A stretch of DNA of 64,000 nt, taken from an uncultured Acidobacteriota bacterium (GTDB lineage Bacteria > Acidobacteriota > Thermoanaerobaculia > Multivoradales > JAHEKO01). Every line of letters begins with the position of its first letter. Position 1 is the stretch's first letter. A model generated the notes under the pieces. That model saw nothing but the letters and a program-made list of their open reading frames with translations. It was not told the origin of the DNA and did not search any database. Positions 1 to 8,415 of this stretch are shown here, piece after piece. The translations under genes were made by a program, and so were the position numbers. The stretch is taken from contig CAVQNG010000003.1 of assembly GCA_963713825.1 (NCBI GenBank), positions 224,001 to 288,000 of the forward strand, written 5' to 3'.

Positions 1-35
1 CGATCCCGAGATAGCGTTCCAGGGCTCGCTGAGCT

Positions 36-1236
36 CTACTGATTCAGATCCTCGGAAGCCTCGACTTCGGCGAGACGGGACCGGAAGTATCTCAGGTCGA
101 GTCCATCTGGGGGTTGCTGACTCGACTCGATCTGGATTGCCCGCAGATACTCGTCTCGGGCCGGGCCCGGGTCACCGCTCTTCTGCCAGGTTCGACCGAG
201 TAGATAGTGCCCGAAGGAGGACTCGGGATAGAGCCTGGTGACCTCTTCGAAGACTGCCCGCGCCTCATCCAACCTCTCGGCTTGCAGATGGGCGATACCC
301 AGACTCTGGAGTACCGGCTCTGGAATCGGCACAGCATAGCCATACCTGTTCGAGAGCTCCTTGTAGTACTGGTCGATTCGACCCCTACCCGCCTCGATCA
401 TCTCGTCGGGAGCCAGCCAGTCGGAGTACAGAGCCCGGATCGCTCGATAGTAGGCCAACGGTAGCGACTGATTGTGACCCGCCCCCTCGATCTCGATGAA
501 GGTGACGTCGAGGCCGTCGACAGGTCGCTCCTCCAACTGCTTGGCGAACTTCGTTACCGCCGTGTGGGTCCAGCCGCCCTCTTCTTCGGATCCCGATCGT
601 CATCACGAGCCGGCTCGGGCTCTCGAACGGATCTGGCGGAGGCTCGCTCAGGAGCCGCTCGTGCTCCCACCAGATGCTCGGACTGATCCCGAGGTAGGCA
701 TTGAAGAGCTCCGGGTTCTGCATCATGGAGTAGATAGTGAAGAGACCGCCAAAGGACCAACCACCGAGAACCCGATGATCCACGGTTCTGTAGGTGTCGT
801 CGATGAACGGAATCAACTCTCGGGTCAAGAACTCCTGGAACTCAGCCGCCCCGCCACTGGTGGGGAACTCCATTCCCTCGTACTCGGGCACGTGGGTCGG
901 CGTGAAGTCCTTGTCCCGATCCACATTCTCGATTCCAACGACGATGAGCTCGGGGGCGATGATGTCACTCGCGCCGCATTCCGAGAGGTACCGAACCTGT
1001 GAGGCGACAACGGGAAAGTGCCAGTTTCCGTCCAGCAGATACAACACCGGATAACTCCGCTGACTCTGGCGGTAGCTCGCCGGAAGGCTGACATAGACGG
1101 TCCTGAGCTCGTCGAGGAATTCAGACCGCAGAGCTACGGTCTCTCCCAGATTCGTCGGTTGGCTCCAGATGGTCGTCGGGAACACCCAAGACGACATCCA
1201 AAGAGCCCCTGCAACCACCCAAGTCGTTGCTTTCAT
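36..1236 (-). CDS. Exported alpha/beta-hydrolase (IroE/Fes-like esterase) with C-terminal TPR; split by one indel near 590
   Basis: ATG at 1236 with RBS AAGGAGAG and a signal peptide; YPVLYLLDG, GWSFGG nucleophile elbow and SPSIWW motifs. Removing one G at ~590 joins ORF 385..1338 to ORF 36..536 (GAGHN, TPR helices). Confidence 0.8.
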
Positions 1237-1390
1237 GAGTATCTCTCCTTGAAATCGGCACGCAGGGGTGCCCGATCGCCCGTGCACGGCTCCGCGCTTG
1301 TGTGACGCCGAACGGCCGCCCACATTCGTTAGACACACCTGGGGCCGAATCCGTTTGGTACTTGCAGGTCATTGGAACGTCACCAACTGG

Positions 1391-1462
1391 ATAGACATAT
1401 TGAAAACTGTCTACATTGGGGTGTCATGAAGAGGCTTCGGATGTAGACTGCAAACTGTCTAT
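1391..1462. promoter_or_regulatory. AT-rich nested dyad (four TAGAC/GTCTA half-sites) between divergent genes; putative operator
   Basis: ATAGACA(1391-97) is complementary to TGTCTAT(1456-62); GTCTACAT(1409-16) to ATGTAGAC(1441-48); AAACTGTCTA is repeated at 1404 and 1452. Confidence 0.45.
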
Positions 1463-1501
1463 TTATCTCAACTCCGGCGGGAGCCGGGACAGGAGGAAAC
1501 A

Positions 1502-2659
1502 GTGAGGCGATTCCTGACAACGGTCATGGCGCTGGCGCTAGTCATGGTGCCGCTGGCGGCGACCGCGGCAAACTCCAACAGCGAAGGTAGGCCCAATGGC
1601 GTCGGTCCGGTTCGCACGGCGACATACAACCTCTATCTCGGAGCGGACATCTTCCGGGTTGTAGAAGCTGCCGTAACCGATCCAGATACGGTCCCGGTTG
1701 CTGTAGCGCAGGTCGTGAACATCATGATCGGGACGGACTTCCCCGAGCGCTCAGTCGCAATCGCGGACCAGATCGCCAAGACCCGACCCCACTTGATCGG
1801 ACTGCAAGAGGTCTCACTGTGGCGCTACCAGTCACCCGGTGATTTCTTCATCGGCAACCCGCAGCCGGCCGAATTCGTCCTATACGACTTCCTCGAGATC
1901 TTCTTGGCTGCGCTCGCCGATCGGGGCCTGAACTACGAGGTGGCCGGTGTGGTCGAGAATGCCGACATCGAGCTTCCGATGTTCGTTGGGTTTGATGGCG
2001 ACACACCTTTGTTCGACGATGCTCGTCTCACCGATCGGGATGTGATTCTCGTCCAAAAAGGGGTCCAGACGTCGAACCTCCTGGCCGCCAACTACTCTGA
2101 CAAGGTCAGCCTCCCCATCGGACCAGTGCTCGTAGAGTTCCTCCGCGGCTACGTGGCCGTGGATGCCAAGGTCAAGGGACGAGAGTACAGATTCGTCAAC
2201 ACCCATCTAGAGGTCGCGCCGAACCTGTTGATTCCTCCCGTTCAATCGCTACAGGCCTTGGAGCTGGCAACCGTGCTGGCTACGGAGACGAAGCCGATCA
2301 TTCTTGTCGGGGACTTCAACTCCTCACCTGAGGACATTCCTACTGTCCTACCCCCCCCGTACTGGATCATGACGGCGGCCGGCTATGTGGACACCTGGAC
2401 TCGGCGTGTCGGAAGGCCCAGCGCGGGGTTCACTTGCTGCCAGAACGAGTTCCTGACCAACGAAGAGTCGGAGCTCGACGAGCGGATCGACTTGATCTTC
2501 GTCCGCAATGACACCGACTTCCCGGCCTGGCCTGACCTCGGTCCGGTGAAGGCGCGGGTGCTAGGTGCCCGGGAGCGAGACAAGACACCTTCCGGCCTCT
2601 GGCCCTCCGACCACGCTGGAGTCGCCGCGAAACTGATCATTCCGGTGCGCTGGAGGTAG
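1502..2659 (+). CDS. Secreted endonuclease/exonuclease/phosphatase (EEP) family protein
   Basis: RBS AGGAGG, GTG start, signal peptide; TYN, GLQEV, NTHLE, GDFNS, RIDLIF and PSDH motifs. Confidence 0.9.
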   Translation: MRRFLTTVMALALVMVPLAATAANSNSEGRPNGVGPVRTATYNLYLGADIFRVVEAAVTDPDTVPVAVAQVVNIMIGTDFPERSVAIADQIAKTRPHLIGLQEVSLWRYQSPGDFFIGNPQPAEFVLYDFLEIFLAALADRGLNYEVAGVVENADIELPMFVGFDGDTPLFDDARLTDRDVILVQKGVQTSNLLAANYSDKVSLPIGPVLVEFLRGYVAVDAKVKGREYRFVNTHLEVAPNLLIPPVQSLQALELATVLATETKPIILVGDFNSSPEDIPTVLPPPYWIMTAAGYVDTWTRRVGRPSAGFTCCQNEFLTNEESELDERIDLIFVRNDTDFPAWPDLGPVKARVLGARERDKTPSGLWPSDHAGVAAKLIIPVRWR

Positions 2660-2669
2660 GAGGAACCAG

Positions 2670-3104
2670 CTAGACGCGGTAGTGGTCCTCGCGCCACTCC
2701 TTGACCGCCTTCTTGATGGCGTCTTCGGAGAGATTCTCCTCCGCGGCGCGCTGTGCCAAGGGTCCGAGCTCCCCGTCCGAGGCGAATCGTAGGCCGACGA
2801 CCTGACGGGTGCCCAGCCGCGGATCCAGTAGCGATCCGTGAAGGGCGAAGTGTCGGAGATTCTCCTCGGCGCGGATGGCTCTGTCCTGGGCCTTGAGGGC
2901 AAAGATCCTCAGATAGGCGCCTTCGATCAGGGCACAGACGGCAAGCAGCAGGATCACCGCTGCAGCAATCCGCCCCGAGCCACGAGAGAAAGCTCTGTAG
3001 ACATTGGCCAGAGCTCCGGCGATGGACAACATCACGAGCAGAGTCAAAACGAAGTGATACAGCGGCACAAAGCGACGGTGATTGGCATAGGTCTGGGTAT
3101 CCAT
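2670..3104 (-). CDS. Small membrane protein, DUF6526-like
   Basis: QTYANHRRFVPLYHF N-terminus, two TM helices, QDRAIRAEENLR and WREDHYRV C-terminus. Confidence 0.7.
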   Translation of the reverse strand: MDTQTYANHRRFVPLYHFVLTLLVMLSIAGALANVYRAFSRGSGRIAAAVILLLAVCALIEGAYLRIFALKAQDRAIRAEENLRHFALHGSLLDPRLGTRQVVGLRFASDGELGPLAQRAAEENLSEDAIKKAVKEWREDHYRV

Positions 3105-3193
3105 TCCTGTTCCTCCATTTTATGAAAGGAAGTCTAGGCGCAGTATACTCAGGCGCCTTCGGGAGACGACTTCCCGGGCTCAGGAGATTGGCA

Positions 3194-3619
3194 ATGCAGT
3201 GGAAACATCCGGCAAAACTCATCCTTGCACTATTGCTCGGCGTCGCCTGTAGCGACAGCACCACAGGCCCTGAAGGCGGTGAACAGATCTTCACCGGCCA
3301 GGTGCTCTATCAGAATCCGGACGTGCAGTTTCATACGTTCATCATGCCAGACACCTCGATCGTCCGGGTCGATATCGTCGAGTTGGTGCCTATTCTGGGC
3401 GATCTCGAGCCGCCTGAGGGATACACCATTTCCGTCGGCTTTGGATTGGGATTGCCGGTCGAAGGCGTGTGCCGCCCGACCTACCAAGCCTCGGTCATCG
3501 AAGGAAGCGTCTTCAGCTTCCAGCTCAATCCCAACGAGTACTGCATCGTGCTCGTGGATGCTGGCGCTGTTCTCCCTGACATGGTGGTGGACTACGTCGT
3601 CTCATTGACGCCCGACTAG
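3194..3619 (+). CDS. Hypothetical lipoprotein
   Basis: AGGAG RBS before ATG 3194; lipobox LLGVA-C followed by SDSTTGP. Confidence 0.65.
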   Translation: MQWKHPAKLILALLLGVACSDSTTGPEGGEQIFTGQVLYQNPDVQFHTFIMPDTSIVRVDIVELVPILGDLEPPEGYTISVGFGLGLPVEGVCRPTYQASVIEGSVFSFQLNPNEYCIVLVDAGAVLPDMVVDYVVSLTPD

Positions 3620-3686
3620 AACTTCGCTCGAGTTCCCGGCACGAAGGCGAGCTTCTTCCCCGAGAAGCCTCCTCTGCCCTGACGCA

Positions 3687-4646
3687 ATGGCGACGAGCTC
3701 TATTCAGCCCAGCCCCCTGGAACCCTTCCTCGCGGCCGAGCAAGTCGTCATTCTTGACGGTGGCCTCGCGACCGAGCTCGAGTCTCGCGGCTTCGACCTG
3801 AACGACGATCTGTGGTCGGCCAAGATCCTGCTCGAACAGCCCGAGGGGATCCGAAGTGTGCACTTGGACTATCTTCGCGCCGGCGCGGACTGCATCACCA
3901 GTGCCAGCTACCAGGCGACTCTCGAAGGCTTCATGGGCCGGGGGTTGGGCAAAGACGCGGCAGCGGAGCTGATCCAGGGCTCCGTCGCTCTCGCACTCGA
4001 AGCGCGGGACAAGTTCTGGTCCGACCCCGAGCATCGAATCGGCAGGCTGAAGCCTCTCGTCGCGGCGAGTGTTGGACCCTACGGGGCCTATCTTGCCGAC
4101 GGGTCCGAATTCCGGGGCGACTACGATCTCGACGAAGACGCCCTGGTCGACTTCCACCGCGAAAGATGGTGTCTCCTGGCCTCGAGCGGAGCGGACCTTC
4201 TTGCCTGCGAGACAATCCCCAGCCGACACGAGGCTCGAGCCCTTCGGCGGCTGCTCGAGGAGTCGCCAGACACGCAGGCGATGTTCAGCTTCAGCTGCAA
4301 GGACCAGCAAAGCTCGAGTGACGGTACGAGCCTTCGAGCCCTCGCGGAAGAGCTCGACGACTGCCCCCAGGTCGTGGCACTGGGAATCAACTGCACGGCC
4401 CCGCGGTACATATCCGGACTCCTACGTGCCATAGGTGGGGCGACTGCCAAGCCCTTTGCCGTGTACCCGAACGCCGGCGAGGACTGGAATGCCGAGACCA
4501 AGCAATGGGTGCCGGCTGGCCAGGGCTCGCCTTCTCTGGTGAGTAGCTGTCGCGACTGGGTCGACCTCGGAGCTCGGCTGATCGGCGGCTGCTGCAGGAC
4601 CACCCCCTACGACATCCGCCAGGTCAGAGCGCAGCTTCTCAAATAG
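3687..4646 (+). CDS. mmuM: Homocysteine S-methyltransferase
   Basis: LDGGLATELE, LWSA, AASVGPYGAYLADGSE, ACETIP, GINC, YPNAGE and IGGCCRTTP (Zn-binding Cys). Confidence 0.93.
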   Translation: MATSSIQPSPLEPFLAAEQVVILDGGLATELESRGFDLNDDLWSAKILLEQPEGIRSVHLDYLRAGADCITSASYQATLEGFMGRGLGKDAAAELIQGSVALALEARDKFWSDPEHRIGRLKPLVAASVGPYGAYLADGSEFRGDYDLDEDALVDFHRERWCLLASSGADLLACETIPSRHEARALRRLLEESPDTQAMFSFSCKDQQSSSDGTSLRALAEELDDCPQVVALGINCTAPRYISGLLRAIGGATAKPFAVYPNAGEDWNAETKQWVPAGQGSPSLVSSCRDWVDLGARLIGGCCRTTPYDIRQVRAQLLK

Positions 4647-4699
4647 GCCACGCACGCCCAATCGTCCTGGGGCTTGGGTCCTGAGTCCTGAACAAACAA

Positions 4700-4887
4700 C
4701 CATGTCCGGGTGGAGGTCCGTCCGGGTGGTCCGCAGGGGGACGGCGTCGGCTACTCAGACTGCGACGGACGGGCCGCCACCTTGTCTCGCCATCGCGCCT
4801 CATCGATGGTGCCCTGCGGTGGCTCTTGCGCTGCGCTCGACTCGGCACCCCCTGTCGAACCACCCGAACGAACCTCTGGCACCATGG
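4700..4887 (-). ncRNA. ~185-nt rod-like hairpin (candidate ncRNA or palindromic non-autonomous element)
   Basis: Minus strand GAGGTTCGTTCGGGTGGTTCG(A)CAGGGG pairs with CCCCTGCGGACCACCCGGACGGACCTC using three G.U wobbles; inner stems GCCACC/GGTGGC and CCATCG/CGATGG; central bubble. Confidence 0.45.
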
Positions 4888-4895
4888 AAGGCAAT

Positions 4896-5043
4896 AGGGG
4901 CTTAGGGCAGTAGGGGAGTAGGGGTCTAGAGGAATGGGAGGGGGGCCCCACTGCCTCAAAGGTCGGCCGGAGCAAGCGACGGACGATTCAACCCCCAAGC
5001 CCCCAAAGATCGGCCGGGAGGCACGACCGGCCGCCTCAACCCT
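4896..5043 (+). repeat. Structured intergenic element copy A with degenerate GGGGNNTA octamer tail
   Basis: Aligns in reverse complement to 8227-8400; shared blocks GGAATGGGAGGGGG(G)CCCCACTGCCTCAAAGGT, CGACGGAC, TCAACCCCCAAGCCC and CGCCTCAACCC. Confidence 0.85.
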
Positions 5044-5084
5044 TTGTTGGGCGTCCGCCCAATCAGATGAGAAGATGAAGCTGC

Positions 5085-6872
5085 ATGAATCCTGAGATCG
5101 GCTATCTGCTGGCGCTTATCGTCGTGGCGCTCGTGTTGTTCGCCACGGAGGTCCTGTCGATCGACATCGTCGGGTTGGTTCTTCTCCTCGCATTGACGGT
5201 GCCCGGAATTCTCAGCCCCGAGCAGGCCCTCTCCGGCTTCGGGAGCGAGACGATCTTCGTTCTCATCGGTCTCTTCGTCTTGACGGCCGGCATCGCGAAG
5301 ACCGGAGTCGTGGAGCGGGTCGGGCTGCGCCTGGCATCGTTCGGTAGCGATCGGCCACAGCTACTGACACGACTCCTGGTCACGTCCGCTACCGCCATGA
5401 GCGCTTTCATCTCGAACACCGTCACCACCGCGATGCTGCTGCCCCTCACCGTCGGCAGCGCCAAGAGAGCCGGCATCTCGGTGTCCAAGGTGCTCATGCC
5501 TCTGGCTTATGCCTCGATTCTGGCCGGCAGTATCACGGTCATCGCGACTTCCACCAACCTGGTCATCTCAGGGGAGCTGCCGTCTTACGGTCTCGAGAGA
5601 ATCGGCTTTTTCGAGCTCGCTCCGGTAGGCATCGGTCTCACCCTGGTCGGCCTCGTGTATCTGCTGTTCCTCGCGCCACCTCTCATTCCCGACCGATTCA
5701 AGGAGAACCGTCTCGCCACCTACGGGCTGCGGCGCTACATCTCGGAGATCGTCGTACCCGCCGGTTCCAAGCTCGCCGGTCAGTCCCTCACGGAGAGCAA
5801 GCTCGGAGAAACCCTCGCCGTCAGGGTCCTGGGCGTCAAGCGCGGCGAGAACCGGGATTTGAGCCCGCGCGGCAACGTAGTTCTCGAAGAAGGCGACGTG
5901 CTGCTGATCGAGGGCGACGCTGAAGACATCCTTGCCGTCAAAGACGTCATGGGAATCGACATCCACACCGGTTTCAAGGCAGCGGACCCCGACCTGGAAT
6001 CGGACGAGGTGCGCATGGTGGAAGCCATGGTGATGCCCGACTCGCAATGGGTCCGAAAGTCCCCCAGGGGCGCCGGCTTTCGCAACAACACGGGAATGAC
6101 CGTGCTGGCGGTTCACTCTCCCGGCAGTGACAAGGACTTTCGACGGCATCTGGCTGGGACCCGCCTCAAGGCCGGGGATGTGCTCCTGCTGCAAGGCTCG
6201 GAGGAGAACATCGAGAGGCTGGATCCACAGCATCTGTTGAATCTGGAAGATGTCTCAGGGCATCACCCTCGCTCCCAAAAAGGCCGGCTCGCCTCGGTGA
6301 TCTTCGTGGCTTCGCTGATCGTCGGGGGCACGGGACTGCTGCCGATGTCTGTCGCCTTCCTGGCTGGTGGCCTGGCCCTGGTTTTGACCGGCGCTCTGTT
6401 GCCCGAAGAGAGCTACCAGGCGATCGACTGGCGACTACTGGTGCTCATCGGCAGCATGATGGCCTTCGGAGTGGCAATGAAGGAGACCGGCACCTCTACC
6501 TACCTGGCCGATCTCGTCGTGAGCCATGTCAGCCCCCATGGTGAGCTGGCTGTCCTGGCCGCCTTCTTCGCGCTCACCGCCTTCCTCACCCAGCCGATGT
6601 CCAATCAGGCAGCGGCGCTCATCGTCTTACCCGTAGCGATCGAGTCGGCAATCACGCTCGGCTTCGATCCCCGACCGCTGGTGATGTCGGTCACCTTCGC
6701 CGCCTCCTGCTCCTTCCTCACACCCCTGGAGCCGGCCTGCATCCTGGTCTACGGGCCGGGCCGCTACCGCTTCTTCGATTTCTTCAAGGTCGGCCTGCCG
6801 CTGACCATCGTGGTCTTTGTCTTCTGCATGCTGCTGATTCCGATCTTCTGGCCCTTCCACCCTGCTGGCTAG
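5085..6872 (+). CDS. SLC13/DASS family permease with two TrkA-C (RCK-C) domains
   Basis: SAFISNT, TSTNL, MSNQAAA, SFLTPL and YGPGRYRFFDFFKVG motifs; central soluble RCK-C pair. Confidence 0.9.
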   Translation: MNPEIGYLLALIVVALVLFATEVLSIDIVGLVLLLALTVPGILSPEQALSGFGSETIFVLIGLFVLTAGIAKTGVVERVGLRLASFGSDRPQLLTRLLVTSATAMSAFISNTVTTAMLLPLTVGSAKRAGISVSKVLMPLAYASILAGSITVIATSTNLVISGELPSYGLERIGFFELAPVGIGLTLVGLVYLLFLAPPLIPDRFKENRLATYGLRRYISEIVVPAGSKLAGQSLTESKLGETLAVRVLGVKRGENRDLSPRGNVVLEEGDVLLIEGDAEDILAVKDVMGIDIHTGFKAADPDLESDEVRMVEAMVMPDSQWVRKSPRGAGFRNNTGMTVLAVHSPGSDKDFRRHLAGTRLKAGDVLLLQGSEENIERLDPQHLLNLEDVSGHHPRSQKGRLASVIFVASLIVGGTGLLPMSVAFLAGGLALVLTGALLPEESYQAIDWRLLVLIGSMMAFGVAMKETGTSTYLADLVVSHVSPHGELAVLAAFFALTAFLTQPMSNQAAALIVLPVAIESAITLGFDPRPLVMSVTFAASCSFLTPLEPACILVYGPGRYRFFDFFKVGLPLTIVVFVFCMLLIPIFWPFHPAG

Positions 6873-6944
6873 CCTCGAACCGCACTACCCAAATGGGTGT
6901 TGCGCCGAGCTCCGATCCCCTTCAGGCTGGGGAAGAGGTAGATC

Positions 6945-8225
6945 GTGGCGCATCACACCGTCCGCTCAGGCTACGAGCAGCTGGTCGACCGGCTGAACCG
7001 CTTCCCTCAAGGAGCGCCCGCTTCAGATCTCCTGCACGGCATCCTCGAAATGCTGTTCAGCGAACGGGAAGCCGGGTTGGTCGCGCTGCTCCCCATCAAG
7101 CCGTTCACAGCAACACAGGCTGCAGCGGTCTGGAAGCTGAACGAGTCTGAAGCTCGCAGGACCCTCGAACAACTGGCAGGGCGTGCGATTCTGCTCGACA
7201 TCGAGAGCCCCGATGGTGAGCTGCTGTACGTGTTGCCCCCGCCCATGGCCGGATTCTTCGAGTTCTCGCTGATGCGAGTCCGCGGCGATGTCGACCAGGA
7301 AGTTCTCTCCGAGCTTTTCTGGGAGTACATCACGGTCGAAGAGGACTTCATCAAGCGGCTCTTTACCGAGGGTGAGACTCAGCTCGGTAGAACCTTTGTA
7401 CAAGAAGCCGCATTGCCAACCGACAACACCCTGCAGGTCCTCGACTTCGAGCGCGCCAGCGAGGTCATCTCGTCGGCTTCCCACAGAGGTGTGGGCATGT
7501 GTTACTGCCGGCACAAGGCGCAGCATGTGAATCGCGCCTGTAACGCGCCGATGGACATTTGCATGACCTTCAACAACACCGCCGCCTCCCTGATCCGCCA
7601 TGGCTTCGCCCGGGAGATCGACACGGCAGAGGGTCTGGACCTACTCCAGCAGGCTCAGGACGAGAACCTCGTCCAGTTCGGGGAGAACGTCCAGCAGCGG
7701 GTGAACTTCATCTGCAACTGCTGCGGCTGCTGCTGTGAAGCCATGATCGCGCAACGCCGATTCGCGGTCCTGAATCCAATTCACACGACGAACTACCTGC
7801 CTGCGGTCGATCAAGATCTATGCAACGGCTGTACAAAATGCGTCCAGGTCTGCCCGGTGGAAGCGATGTCCATGGTCTCGGCCAACGATCCCCAGCATCC
7901 CAAGCTGCGCCAGGCCAAGCTGGACGAACAGGTGTGCCTCGGGTGCGGCGTCTGCGTCCACAACTGCAGCCGGGACGCGATCCACCTGAAGCCTCGAGAT
8001 CAGCGAGTAATCACACCGGTCAACTCGGCGCATCGGACGGTCTTGATGGCTCTTGAGCGGGGCAAGCTCCAGGACCTGATCTTCGACAATCAGGCGATGG
8101 CCAGCCACCGAGCCATGGCCGCCATTCTGGGCGTGATTCTCGAGCTCCCCCCCGTCAAGCAGACCCTGGCGAAACGCCAGATGCGCTCCCGCTACCTCGA
8201 CCGTCTGCTCGGCATAGCGCATTGA
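6945..8225 (+). CDS. Cys-rich 4Fe-4S dicluster domain protein
   Basis: CYCR...C...C and CNCCGCCC motifs plus two ferredoxin motifs, CNGCTKCVQVCP and CLGCGVCVHNC. Confidence 0.85.
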   Translation: MAHHTVRSGYEQLVDRLNRFPQGAPASDLLHGILEMLFSEREAGLVALLPIKPFTATQAAAVWKLNESEARRTLEQLAGRAILLDIESPDGELLYVLPPPMAGFFEFSLMRVRGDVDQEVLSELFWEYITVEEDFIKRLFTEGETQLGRTFVQEAALPTDNTLQVLDFERASEVISSASHRGVGMCYCRHKAQHVNRACNAPMDICMTFNNTAASLIRHGFAREIDTAEGLDLLQQAQDENLVQFGENVQQRVNFICNCCGCCCEAMIAQRRFAVLNPIHTTNYLPAVDQDLCNGCTKCVQVCPVEAMSMVSANDPQHPKLRQAKLDEQVCLGCGVCVHNCSRDAIHLKPRDQRVITPVNSAHRTVLMALERGKLQDLIFDNQAMASHRAMAAILGVILELPPVKQTLAKRQMRSRYLDRLLGIAH

Positions 8226-8226
8226 G

Positions 8227-8400
8227 GGGTTGAGGCGCCCGGCTCACCGCCGGGCGTTCTTTGAGGGCTTGGGGGTTGAGGAGTCCGTCGTCCCTCCGGT
8301 CTACCTTTGAGGCAGTGGGGCCCCCTCCCATTCCCTTTGGCCCTCGCACTCCTAGGCCCCCAAGCCCCTAAGCCCCTAAGCCCCTAAGCCCCTAAGCCCC
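8227..8400 (-). repeat. Structured intergenic element copy B with (GCCCCTAA)n tandem tail
   Basis: Inverted, diverged copy of 4896-5043; octamer array 8356-8400 = GCCCCCAA + 4x GCCCCTAA + GCCCC. Confidence 0.85.
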
Positions 8401-8415
8401 GGGAAGGGCATGATG

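Noticed and set aside
4639-4998. Small ORFs in the mmuM-SLC13 intergenic region
   Set aside because: Low-complexity translations of hairpin and repeat DNA, with no convincing RBS.
8356-8400. CRISPR array
   Set aside because: Units are 8 nt with no spacers, and no cas genes are present.
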